Positions 1-12,968 of a DNA stretch of 64,000 nucleotides are shown here, one piece after another; position 1 is the first letter of the stretch, and each line of letters starts with the position of its first letter. The stretch is taken from the NCBI RefSeq assembly GCF_022539665.2, contig NC_081333.1, forward strand, positions 10,974,001 to 11,038,000. Reading direction: 5' to 3'. A program made the position numbers and the translations under genes. The DNA comes from Daphnia carinata (Eukaryota). A model generated the notes under the pieces. That model did not search any database. It saw nothing but the letters and a program-made list of their open reading frames with translations, and had not been told where the DNA came from.

Positions 1-106
1 ATCTGCGTAGTCCCGATTCAGAAGCTCCTACAAGTCCTTCCCCACCACCCAGTATTAAATCAGTCATGCTTATTGGTGAAGTTGTATTTTAATAAGAAAA
101 TTCTTT

Positions 107-263
107 ACTGTTTGATTAGTAACGTTCAAGGCTCCTCCAGCCTTTGAGCCTGCTGAAATTGAAAAATCTACCGTTTCATCATCACCTATCACCATCAGCC
201 AGCCATTGGACATGGATGATGGGATGGATAGCGTGACGTCCCGAACTGAAGCGTTAGCCATCT
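107..263 (-). CDS. Possible first coding exon of a gene running off the window start (MANASVRDVTLS...NVTNQT); product unknown, possibly a glycosylated receptor N-terminus
   Basis: Part of ORF 70..351 with three N-x-S/T sites, followed by a GT donor-like sequence. I could not link it in frame to a next exon. Confidence 0.2.
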
Positions 264-1601
264 CCAGCACGTTCAAGCTACGCGGTAGAGGACGTACAAT
301 GTCGACTTCGTCGCAAAGCAACTTTTGAGGTTTTTTTTCTTTTTTTTCCATTTTCGTTCATCATTCCAGTCAAGTTCAGAATTTTTTGTTGTTGGTTACA
401 TTGTTACCGCGAAAAAAAAAATATCTTTCAAGCAATAACATAAATTCCATCAATGTGAAACAAAAAAGGAACAAAATTGTTCGCATAGTTATTCGCCGAG
501 ATATTTCTATTTTAAATCCGGCCGCCAAGGAATGGCGGGTTTTTTTTGGCACGCGATTTCTGCGTACCCAATTGGTTCTGACCAGTGGCTTTTTTAATGT
601 ATTTCGGGATGCGCAAACGTGCCGCACATAACGTAAAGGCATGCAAACTGAACCGGAACGTGGAACATGAACGAATCTATTTCTGCTTCCGGTTGCCGTG
701 GGCTACCAGTGGTGGTATTTAAAATTTTTGTTGTTGTTTCTCCCCTTTCCAGTGCCGTAAGATTTCTCTCTTCCGATGGGAACTGCCTACGGGGTCGGAG
801 AAATTGGACGTTGAATGTGTGTGCATTGTGGGTGCGTGTCCCCTATTCGTTGGCGTCGTCAGCGTCGCCGTCATCGCTATTCGGAGAACCGTTTTGGAAA
901 CAAATAACGAAAAACTCTTTTTGCCTTGACGGACGGGTATGAACGATTTCATGGGACGCATTCCAAATTTTGTGTTCTTCTCCTTTTCGTACCGAAGCAT
1001 TTGATTGAACCTGTAACCTACATAATGTAAAATGAGAACCGGTGGAGATCCTTTGATAGCTATTATGTAGGTTTGGTCGTCTCCAATGGCAGCTGCCTCT
1101 TGTGATGTTTTGGCGGTTGGTCTATGATGGAGGGAACCTATTTTTTTATACATATATATTTTCTTTTTTTTTTTTTTTCATAGAAAGAGAAAACATATCA
1201 AAGAGAAGAAAAAGGGGGAGGGGTGGTTTAGCGCAACAGCTGCTTCCAGTTTGGTGGATACAAAAATGCGATCGGGGAGGGGTGAGGCCCATATGTGCAG
1301 TGTGAGGAGTATACTACATAGGAATCGTAAGAGGGGGGGGGGGAGCGAGAACGCATGCGAAAAGACTGTGTGTGTGTGTGTGTCTAAGAATTCCTCTGGC
1401 ATTAGTCTGTGAGTGTGGGCGCACTAGGGGGGTAGGAAAAGGAGGAGGGACCAACCTACACATATACACAGTAGCCGCCCGGACTTGGGACGAAGCTGAC
1501 GCATCGTCATCCGCTCTCTTTTATGGCGTTAGTCGTGACTGTCGTCATTTGAGTGCCATATAGAAAAAGAACTGTGGTGTGTTATCGTGCGCGTGTGTGA
1601 A

Positions 1602-4600
1602 ATGAGTGTGTCCAACCAATGCCATAAGGACCATTTCGATGGTAAGATAGACATTTGATTTGTTAATCATTTTACATGAATTGATGGACGTAATTTCAAT
1701 TGATTAAGTATTCGTGTAAATTGTATTGGTCGCACAGGAACTGACGGGAGCGATTCTGACGCGACGACGACGTCATCGACGGAGCATTTGACGCGGGAAG
1801 AGAAGCTTTACGTTCTGCGTCACACGCCGCGTCAGGAGCCGCAAGGTCAGGAGAGCAAAGGCTGGCAGCAGCAACAACGTCGATCGCCCAGCTGCCGCAG
1901 CTGCAGCGGACTGCAACTTGCACAGCAGCAACAGCGCAGTGGCAGCGTCAACCGGCTAGAGCAGTCGCTGAACAATAGCGGCGGTGGGGGACCCGATCCG
2001 GCTTCCTCTTGTCGGACGCTCATCATTCACGGTAGCCTCTCGGATGAAAGCTGGGCAAGGTATTTTGCTTGCATTATCCATTATTATTTCAATCTACACA
2101 TATGTGTGACCTAAAGACGTTCATCATCATCAAAGATGGCGTCAGTGTCACTTCATTGTAAAATAATACCCGGGTGTGTTATGCTGGTGAAATTTAATCT
2201 GACGTGCCCTCCCTTCGTCCTCCCTCCACCTCCGCTCCCGTCTTTTTTTATTTTTTTCCGAGTTCTTCTTCGTCGTCTTCGTTGTGTCTCTCTCTTTTGT
2301 TTACGTTCACGGTTTCGTCATTTTCATTCGCGTTGTCATCGTTCTGGTCACAGTATCAAAAGAAAAAGGAGAAAAGCCGGACCGGACCGTACCGGACTAG
2401 GACGATGATTGTGGGTGGGGGCGGAAGGAGTTGAGTTTAGCTCAGTGTCAGCTGATTATATCGGTCCACCGGAAAGGATAGAGAAAGAGAGAAAGAAAAA
2501 GAAAAGTAGTATAAAGAATGAGATGCTATTCCGAGTTGGCAAAGAGCCATAATGTTCTGACCGTCTCATCATCAGATGGCAGCAGCGCTAAGTCCGTTGC
2601 CGGGATCTCGCCAGAGAAAATGAGCGACTGGGACTGTCTGAGAGAGAGAGGTACAGTCTAAAATTACACATTCCGCAAATGCCTGGCGCGTTTGTGGTGC
2701 TCCATGTGTCTGTTTGCTGTGTGTGCGCGAGACTCGCGCGTGGATGATAAGAGAGGAAGAGAGAACGAGAAAAAAAAAGTCCAGCCCAGTTTTATCTCTT
2801 TTAATCGATAGTTGTTGAGCCACTTAAAATCTAGTGCCTCCCCCAACACACGTCTTCGTCGTACTCCTTTCGTCTCTCTCTTTCATGGTGATGTTTTCTT
2901 TTTGTGTCGACCACGGGTTATCAAAGGGTTGCCTGATTAAGCGTACTGACCACTACGAAGCGAAACCTTTTTCTAGTATGTTGACGTTGGAGATTGGCGG
3001 ATGTTTTTAGTCCTACGCTATTTTATCCTTGACTCGTTGTTATTGCTCCACACAACAGGTTGGCTGGAACAGGATCGATACCCGATTTGGGACTGACCGC
3101 TTCGACACACTATCTAACCAGCACACCCAAAACGCCACCGTTTCGACCGGCGTCGTCAGATTGCAACGACGACGCAGACGATCTTTTGCTGTTGGGTAGT
3201 GCAGATCGTCGTAGACGTCGAGGAGGTCATCATCCCCCACCTCCGCCACCCTCACCTGGTGTTGGGGGATTCACCACCCGGAGTTTGCCGCGTTCTGCCA
3301 AAGATTTCAGTGCTCTTTCTACCTATCAGCGCCATCATCCGTCATCTCATCTGACCAGTTTAGCTTCACTGTACCAGGAAGAGCAAGACAACCCAGAGTT
3401 GGATCATCATGATGGATGCTGTGAACGGAGGAAGCAGTTGAAAATGCTCCAGGGCCTGGCCCGTGAAATGAACTGGAGTTTGCCCATTACGACGACGACG
3501 ACACTAACACCCGGGACTAACGATAGCTGCTATCCATTATCCATAGAGGAAAGTGGGGAAGGCGCCTGTTCGGCCCTGTCCATCAGTGACACGCTCCTCA
3601 ACGATCATCAGACGTTGCAAACTCCTTCGTCGTATACAAGAGATTTTACGTACTTGAGTAAACCACCACCTGCTTATCCGCGGAATAAAAGCGTTGCAAG
3701 TGGTACAACAACAGCTTTGCCAGTCGACAACGGCGCTACAAATGGAAGCACTTGTAGTAGCCGAAATTCGTCCTCATCTTCTTGCCGACGAATTAAAATC
3801 CGGAGGGCTCTTTCCCGTTCACATCCTGATTTGTCCAAATTGGGTAAAGAACTTGGCTGGAACAAGAGCAGTGCTGGAACCACTGATTCTAGTAATACCT
3901 GCAGAGCGTTACGTCACAAGTACGTATTGAAAATCATTATAACCACTAGAAATGCGTTCAATTCATAATACACATGTTTTTAAGATATATAGCTGTCTTA
4001 AAGATAAACAAAAACATGGACATCGTAAATTCCGATGTCGTAACTCTAATCTTATCACAAAAAACATGTTTTTGACCTTGTCGTAATAGAAACGAGTCAG
4101 CCACTACTGAAGAGGCCCACACCAAAACGGAAAAGACCCAGATCGATCCATCAGTTGAAGTTGCATCTATTCCGGAGGATGCAAACAGAAAAGCAGCATC
4201 AGCTTTAGCTGAAGGAGACATGTTGGTGAGGCGAGATGATTCCGAAGCGGTGTGGAGCACGCCGGAACTAGTCGATGCCATTTTGGAAGAGAATTTCAAA
4301 TTGCGCCAACAAGTGCAGAATCATCAGGATCACATTGCCAAACTGCAAAAATTCGAAAAGGAATTGAGTGCAGTACAGTCCGCTCATCAGGCACTGGTCA
4401 GATCCTCTGAGCGGAAAGAGTCCCTCGAACAATCCGCTCGAATTCGTCTTGAAGCCGAATGGCGTCGTTCACAGGAATTGAACACAGCACTGCGCAATCA
4501 AGTTGAGCTGTTGACATCACAGTTGGCGCTCAGAAGTGCCTCAGTAACTTCTCTTGGCAGCGCCACCGAGTCCGCTTCCGCTGCCGACTGGCAAAATCAA

Positions 4601-5804
4601 ATTGCTCGTCGCGACGCACTCATTGCCCAACTTGTTAGCCAAAGTATACATAGCACTTATTCTGGAAGTAAAAATAAGATTAATTTAAACTTTTTATATA
4701 TTTTTTTTGTTTTGGTATCCGTCTTTAGATAAAGAGCTAATGACTAACAAGGAGCGACAAGATATAGAACTTTGCGCTCAAAAAGCAACGTTACAGCAGC
4801 AGAGATCGCATATTGAAATTTTGGAGTCAGCCTTGGGGCGTGCCCAGCAACATGTTAATCGATTGGAGGACGATGTTAGCTAGAACAAAACATATTGTGA
4901 CATAAAATCGTTTCCCTACATTTTCTGTTGGTATATGACAGTTTCGACGACGGTGTAATGGTGACTCGAGGCATCTTTTGGTTTCCGCTGGTGTCGATTC
5001 TAGTGCGACAGCTCAAACAGAACCGGCGGCTCATAGAGAATTGGCGAATATGGAAATTAGGTATTAAATAGCAAATCCATCATTGTTAAAGAGCGCTAAC
5101 AAACATTTGAATTTTCTCTTTATATCACATAAAAGAATTCGAGATTTGGAGGCCAAACTGAGCGAAAAGGAAATGCTGATACATTTGCTTCAGCGTGCCT
5201 CCATGGATCGTGAAATAGCATTCGGAGCCACGAGAGGACTACCCGAATCAGTCTCCCTGCTCAATAGATATCCCAGCCAACAGCAACAGTCTAGTCAACC
5301 GCAACATGAGAGCCATCCTACCACAAGTAAAATTTCATAAACTCCTTGACATCTAATTAAAAAGTACCTTTAGCTCATGGTGAATTTTGCTATGATGTGT
5401 AGATCTCGCAACGACAGTGGTAAAAGGCACATGGTCGGGAAGCAGCGGCTTGTCCAGCCTACCTAGTAGCTCACGAGGAAGTGCCATTAGTGTCGCCAGC
5501 AATAATAGCCCTGCTCGCAACAAGGCACTGTCATCAACCGCCAATGCTCCAAACGCTTCTGCCGCAACTGATGCGAATCCATCGGTCGCTAGTCAAAATA
5601 ATGGGGGCACCGAGGCGACTCAAAGTCTTGACAATCAATTACGCGCCCTTGATCGGTTCTACCAAAACAAAGTATGTTACTATTGAAAAAATAGTGGATG
5701 AGTATCTAGATTTTTAAATGATTTTCTTTAATCTGTAGCAATCACTGATTCAGGCTTTGCAGTCGGATAAGGAACGCTTCCCTAATAACTATTGGCCTTC
5801 TTAA
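1602..5804 (+). CDS. Amot: Angiomotin-family protein, multi-exon
   Basis: ATG 1602 splices (GT 1642, AG 1737) in frame into the RQEPQGQE motif. PPAY WW-ligand lies in ORF 3060-3968. Coiled coil EENFKLRQQV...KLQKFEKEL...LVRSSERKESLE matches the angiomotin coiled-coil pattern. Last exon ...NNYWPS* ends 5804. Confidence 0.85.
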
Positions 5805-6243
5805 CAGAATAGAGTCGGCCGTTTACAGAAATCTGTTAAATCATCAAATTTTCTTTCTCTTATTCTCCACCCGTCTGCCTATCTATCTTCCTATGAAAAA
5901 TGAAAAGTAATCAAAGGTTTCTAAGTTTTAAACACTCAAAAGACTGTTTGTGGAATGCGTCTTTGACTTTATGTGGTTGAAAAATGCAATCGTTTTTCTG
6001 ACTCTCGTTGCGCGTTTCTTTTCGTCATAGTTGGCAACCTGTTGAAGTTGAAATTTTATCCGCTAGGGTCTTTCTAGTGAAAAGTCCGGACTGGTAAACA
6101 TTTGGGGGAAGGAGCGGGAATCATTTAGTTCGTCTCGTCCTAAACCAAACGTTGCGTAATAAGTTCTGAAAATATAAATACTTGTATAACTTTTAGTTAT
6201 AACTTAGTACGTCCACTCCGAGTTTATAAATTGACGTTGAGTC

Positions 6244-7387
6244 ATGTCTGTTGCAGACCGCTCCGAATCAGATTACTCGGACGAAGACTTTAGCGATTTT
6301 TATTCGGGTGCTGCGAAACGTTATAAAAAAGAAAAACAAGCAGTTTGCCCAACTGGAGAAGTCCGCCTTGTCAATCAGAAAGAAAAAAAACAATCCACTG
6401 CAGAGAAAAATGTGTCACCCACACCAGCCCACGAGATTGACGATAGCAGTGATGAAGAACTATTTAGAGATCCAAACACTGAGACTCACGAAGTTAGTTT
6501 AGATGAAAGTGAAATCATCCAACCCCAAAAACAAGTGGAAACCTTGGAAGACATAGAACAGTACATCAATGTCACCCCTGATGTGTCGTTTTCAGAAGAG
6601 AGAAAAGTGTATTCCTCTGCATCAGTTCAAGCTATTGATGAAATTGAATTTGAAGAAGACCCACTTTATTGCACCCCGTTGAATGATTCAGTAAGTATTT
6701 ACATTTACCAAATGAATGGTGGTTGTACTTTTTGTTAAAAACCTAATTTTGTAGGAATTGAACCTAGTACCAGATGATGATGAAATTGTGATGGTTAAAG
6801 TACGCTTCGTTGCTCAGAAAGTCTGGAGGATAGAACTAAAACGGGTAACATTCATACTACTGGCTTATCAGGTTTAACAAAAATCATATGCATTTTCATT
6901 GTAGGCTGAGTATTTTAAAACCATATGTCAGAAATTATCAGAAAGCACAGGTGTGGATGCTGGTAAAATCAATTTGTATTTCAACGAACAACTTTTGGAT
7001 GTCTATGACAGTCTCAAAACCCGGCCACTAAGGATAACGGACATTATTGGTATATTCCGAGGCTTATATGGTTTCAAAAATAAACATTTCGCAATATTTA
7101 ACGCTTTCACAGATGCGTTAGTTTGCAATGATAACGCCATGAGCACTCCAAATGACAGCATGCTCGAGTTTAAAGTACAGAGCCAGAATCGGAATTCGCA
7201 AGTGGTGGTGTCGATTCGTGCCGAAGATCCTATGAAAATTCTGATGCAGAAGTATGCAGAAGCAACCGGTTGTAACTTGGGGAAATTAACGTTCAAATTT
7301 GATGGTGAGTTATTGGCAGACAGCGATACCCCTTCTAATCTTGAACTTGAAGGTGGAGAGTGTATTGATGTTTACGTTAGAGAATAA
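6244..7387 (+). CDS. NFATC2IP: Rad60/Esc2/NFATC2IP-like protein: acidic N-terminus plus two SUMO-like domains
   Basis: C-terminal KLTFKFDGELLADSDTPSNLELEGGECIDV is a Rad60-SLD/SUMO-like pattern. An upstream ubiquitin-like unit (INLYFNEQLL...DII) and short GT-AG introns are present. Confidence 0.75.
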
Positions 7388-7626
7388 TTAACTATTTTAG
7401 TCAATAAAAAAATTTTCCTAATTCTTTTAAAAATATTTAAGATATATATATTTATCATAAAAAATTGTAAATGCGTGAATAAAAAATCAAAATTTTATTT
7501 GTATTTTGACGCACAATGTATTTTCATACCTCGCAAATAAAAATTGGTTAAGATAGAGGGCAGAAAACACAAATGGAAAAAAGTGTAGGGAGGTGTAGTT
7601 GGCTAATTTCTAATGTATTGATAGTG

Positions 7627-8381
<755 letters not shown>

Positions 8382-9780
8382 TGTAGTGTATATTCTATAA
8401 ATTAACGTAAGAAATTAAACTAACAGCACAAGAAATCTATAGCATCTTGCTTGCGTCACTGAACAGGAATTTCACTATGTTCGAGATAAAAGTAGAAGCC
8501 TAATCATTTACAGTATCTCGATTTATAACTCTTCTAACCTTTTGAACAATTGTCATGCGTGAAATTAATTAGTTAGCTTTAATTTACTTCGAACAACAAT
8601 CACAAGGATTTTACCGCCAACGACTGGTCAGCTGCCTTGTTCTCAACAAAAACGACTGTTGGAACGAATGGCTTTGGAAACCAAATGAATAGTAAAACTT
8701 ACGTAGCTAAAATATTTGCAAGTAATGTAATATAAAGATTGACTTTGGGAATAGATCTCCAAACTTTAAGATATCAAAAAGTATAGGATGTGGGTAATAT
8801 TCCAAGATATTCAACTCACCGGCAGGTTTCTTGCTCTAGGTTCACAATGGCGCGATTCTAGAAACCAAACTGAGCCCAAATGCATTCAACGGTTTCGGCT
8901 CGAGGGTTGTTCAGTACTCGTTGCAATACCGAACGGACGTTGCCAAGTCCTTACTAGTAGTAAGGCGGGAAGGTTTTTGCTTTAAAAACGTTTTGGGACA
9001 TTCAACAAACAAAGGTTCTTAGACATGTATGATGAACGGTTTGGTTTTGTACCATAATATGATGAGAGGAAAAAGGTAATATTCACGTGAAATGGACGAA
9101 TATGTTTTCAGTATGTCTCATCACAAGAAAAATAGGGATTCAATTTTCTTTATTCTCGTTGGTTTAGAATTTGAATCACACCTGTTCATTGTTAAATTGA
9201 AGATTTTGAAAAACAATGAAAAAGTCGGTCTTATTTTGTCGGGCTTGCCTCAAATCTGCAAAGACTGATATTCATTGGAATTGCTTGAATATATCACATA
9301 TACCAAAATTTTAATGCTGATTCCGAGGATATTGTTATTTTTCTTTAAGCCAATAATTTTTTTTAATATACCACATATTTGAAACAAATTTAGCGCGCCA
9401 GTACGCTCCAGCACGATGCAGCATAAATATTCGGTGTAATTCAGAGATGGTTCGCTTAACGAGAAAACCATTAACGTAATCGAACTCAGCGTTCAATTTT
9501 CATTATACTGTGTGAGTTTCATCGAATTTCAAGAGATGTCGTTTTTTGCCGATTTTGACAGAAGTGAGAAGGGTATAGCCTTCCCACTTTTTCATTTTTG
9601 GCTAAAATCTATGGCAATCCGTTTTACACAAAAAAAAAAAAAAATTTCGCCAAAAAAAAAAAAAAATCACACTTTTTTCTTTTTTTCCGACACGTAGCCA
9701 TCTACCGCTTAGACTCGTTATTACTGGCATAGGCAATTTCAGTCCATTGGATGCCATTCGCAGTTAGTTCAGTAACGTGG

Positions 9781-11085
9781 ATGGAGAATAACGCGTGGCT
9801 GGAGGAACAATTGAAAAATGGATAAGATAATACAACAAAAGGATGGTAAGTATAAACATTATTATATTGGTTTTCAATTATTAATTATTGTTTATTAGAT
9901 CAAATTATGAAGCTGTAGGCCCAATTATTGGAACAACCCAAAATATTAGATAACAGCAAAGCTAAGGATGGTAAGGCCTAATATGTAATGATTCTATTTA
10001 TTTGCTTTTATTCATTTGTGTTTTGTAGCTCAAATTTTGAGTCTACAAGCTCAGCTAGGAGAAAAGAACAAATTGGAACGGAACAGTTTCCAAACAGTGA
10101 AGGAGGTTTTTCAAAACTCCTCCCTAACTGAACGTGAGGATGAATTGGCATTAGGCGAACACAGTCAGGTACCTAAACGTTTCAAATAAGAATTCAAAAT
10201 AAGTATAGAATTTTAACAAACAATTATTTATTGTTTAGTTATTCAGTCTACCACCTGACAGTGTGTTAAAGTTAAATTCTGTTAGTGCTGCAGTAAAAGA
10301 ATTGTTAGTAATAAGTCCATGCAGCGAAGGAAGTGAACAATTGTGGGACCGTATTTGGGCTGAAAATGGGTGTGGTACGGAAACCCAGAAATAGCATGAG
10401 TTCAACATAAAACATGAATTAGGTACTTTTCGGTTTTTTGTCTATTGAAAAAGTATTTTTAATGCTATTATTTTGCATTCACAGAATTTTAGTGGGGGAT
10501 CAAGTCAAGTCTGGAAGTGTTACAGGATGGAAGAGTGAGCCTACAGTTGAAAAAACACTGAGAGTGCATTGCCGTTAAGGTATGAGGTAAAGTAATAGAG
10601 TATGCAAATTGTCTAATGAGAAGTACCATCTTGTGTGAATGAATCCTGTATAACAGCAATCCTTTATAGTTCTGTCACAGCTAGAAGCCTCAAATAATTC
10701 TGCCTCTCTTGCTAAAGAACAACTTGTCCTTTACATTCAGAGTGTTGGTGAAGCTAGGTACTTAAATGGCCCTAAAGATGTTTCATTTCATTGGCATTGC
10801 AGCGATGAACATCATACATGGACTTTTAAGGTATGAAAGGAATTTTCTTGAAAATATTTTGAATTTATGACGAAGCATTTCTCCTCCTTTTTGCCAAACA
10901 TGTCTAATCTACAAAAAAAAATTATCCAATAGGAAAGGATTTTCAGCATACTGGGAACACAACTATCAACAATGCAACATTCTACGGGTGTTATTTTATC
11001 ATTCAAGAGCCTTGTACAATGATTTTCATCTACAATTTGTATGGCCTTTCCCAAGCTTCTGTCAGAAGTTGAATCTATGAGTCAT
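9781..11085 (+). pseudogene. Decayed multi-exon gene of unknown function in the left arm
   Basis: Exon-like blocks bounded by AG/GT (e.g. QILSLQAQLGEKNKLERNSF..., ...EQLWDRIWAENGCGTETQK*HEF..., QSFIVLSQLEAS...WHCSDEHHTWTFK) with in-frame stops. Inverted copies at ~13160-13884 (partial) and ~22115-23420. Confidence 0.6.
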
Positions 11086-11274
11086 GTAAGTCACATGAGC
11101 AACAATTGAGATGCTTCATGGTGTTGTTTTTCTTTTCTCAGTGTAGGTTAATAGTAACATTGGATCTGAAAAAATTCGTGGTTGGGGCATGACACTGAAT
11201 AAATTGTAATGATTGGATGGATGACATGATATTTCTATACTTCATTCGGATTCCCGAGACGGTATTTTATATTT

Positions 11275-11659
11275 AAAAAATTGAAGTGCATATCTGGGCT
11301 CCCTTCCTTTCCGTAGCCCCGTTTCCCCTTGACTCGTAATAAGCCCGTAGGGGGTCATGCCCCTACTGTACGGTATATATAAAAACAACATATACCGAGG
11401 TTTGGAGGGCTCTGGCCGGAAAGGGGACGTGGGGTGCCGCTTAGTCCGATGATGTGTTCACGGAGGGCGACGTGGCTACCCACAAATCCGAACTAAAGGT
11501 TAATCGCTCCTGTAAAAATGTTCCAAATCTTCAGCTCTTCTTCCGGCTTCTCTTAGCCAATCACCGGGTAATCTCCCCGGTGGGTCAACAAGGCAGTGTC
11601 TCCCCCTGCCTGGGTTGACGGCAACTTTTGAAAGGGCTATTGTGCCCTTTTAAAGTTGC
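11275..11659 (-). other. Structured ~385 nt module, copy 1
   Basis: Reverse complement of 12584-12968; series of hairpins. Confidence 0.7.
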
Positions 11660-11960
11660 AAAAATAATTGTAATGTGCAGAGAATTGTCAATAAAATTTT
11701 TTTTATAAAATATTTTTTGCAAAATTTGTTTCTTTCATTGTCTGTGTTCACACATTACATTTATCAACTTTTTTTTATTTGCTTTGCTTTATTTTATTGG
11801 TTTTTGTCACTTTTGATGGTAAACATTGTTTCCATTGGTCTATCGTTTATCTGTAACCATTCAATTATTATTTATTACACTCTTTGAATTCTTCAACTTA
11901 GATTCAAGGAACAACGTGTAATATCTGGATATTTTTTGAAGTAATTTTGTATTTTGTTTC

Positions 11961-12028
11961 ACTCGTATGGGAACCGATCCCCAGACATTCAGCGTGCAAC
12001 GCCGATGCTCTAACATTGAGCCACGAGA
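11961..12028 (-). pseudogene. Degenerate tRNA-like sequence (anticodon-position TGC)
   Basis: Reverse complement TGGCTCAATGTTAGAGCA-TCGGC-GTTGCAC-GCTGA...GGATCGGTTCC: A box, anticodon stem-loop, decayed B box. Confidence 0.55.
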
Positions 12029-12312
12029 CATCTTAACATTTTATTATCGCATATCATATGTTATCGTCTAGGATGTTCATGCAATCTTTCACATTTATAT
12101 GTTTATCTTTCTTTTGCTTTTATATAGGTATTATCTCTGTGGTAGAGACTTTAGCTGCGATACCTGTTACCCAGGGTTCAAACCTCAATAGATGTGTAAA
12201 AATGAAGTAGAGTAAATGTAGAAGAGTATATTGCAGAATTGCATTTCAGTTTTATTCTAAGTGTAAATGCAAGTCTACAAGTGACTAGAAAAAAGCCAAT
12301 TTTGTCGTAACA

Positions 12313-12378
12313 GGATTCATGGCTCATTGGTAGAGCATCGGCGCGGTATGCCGAACATCCAGGGTTCGATCCCTGGAT
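12313..12378 (+). pseudogene. Degenerate tRNA-like sequence with good A and B boxes
   Basis: TGGCTCATTGGTAGAGCA-TCGGC-GCGGTAT-GCCGA...CCAGGGTTCGATCCCTGG; 3' acceptor strand missing. Confidence 0.65.
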
Positions 12379-12583
12379 AATAATAGAATGCTTACAGATA
12401 AATGATAAACAGATGGAAACAATGCTTACCATCAAAAGTGACAAAAACAAATAAAGCAAAGCAAATAAAAAAAAGTTGATAAATGTAATGTGTGAACACA
12501 GACAATGAAAGAAACAAATTTTGCAAAAAATATTTTATAAAAAAAATTTTATTGACAATTCTCTGCACATTACAATTATTTTT

Positions 12584-12968
12584 GCAACTTTAAAAGGGCA
12601 CAATAGCCCTTTCAAAAGTTGCCGTCAACCCAGGCAGGGGGAGACACTGCCTTGTTGACCCACCGGGGAGATTACCCGGTGATTGGCTAAGAGAAGCCGG
12701 AAGAAGAGCTGAAGATTTGGAACATTTTTACAGGAGCGATTAACCTTTAGTTCGGATTTGTGGGTAGCCACGTCGCCCTCCGTGAACACATCATCGGACT
12801 AAGCGGCACCCCACGTCCCCTTTCCGGCCAGAGCCCTCCAAACCTCGGTATATGTTGTTTTTATATATACCGTACAGTAGGGGCATGACCCCCTACGGGC
12901 TTATTACGAGTCAAGGGGAAACGGGGCTACGGAAAGGAAGGGAGCCCAGATATGCACTTCAATTTTTT
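12584..12968 (+). other. Structured ~385 nt module, copy 2 (candidate ncRNA or ssDNA structure)
   Basis: At least 8 stems visible by eye; ends in T6. Confidence 0.7.

Noticed and set aside
376..1563. Short ORFs upstream of the angiomotin gene
   Set aside because: No recognisable domains; likely UTR, intron or promoter sequence.
11440..11500. Hammerhead ribozyme (CCGATGA...CCGAAC)
   Set aside because: Core is not CUGANGA/GAAA and stems I/III do not form; the segment pairs better on the opposite strand.
12738..12750. Telomerase RNA template (TAACCT for TTAGG)
   Set aside because: Only 6 nt of match and no convincing pseudoknot.
12805..12935. RNase MRP/P RNA (ACGGGGCT resembles CR-V; GTCCCC upstream)
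   Set aside because: The GAAAGUCCCC CR-I context is absent and the module is multicopy in a repeat. A covariance-model search would settle it.
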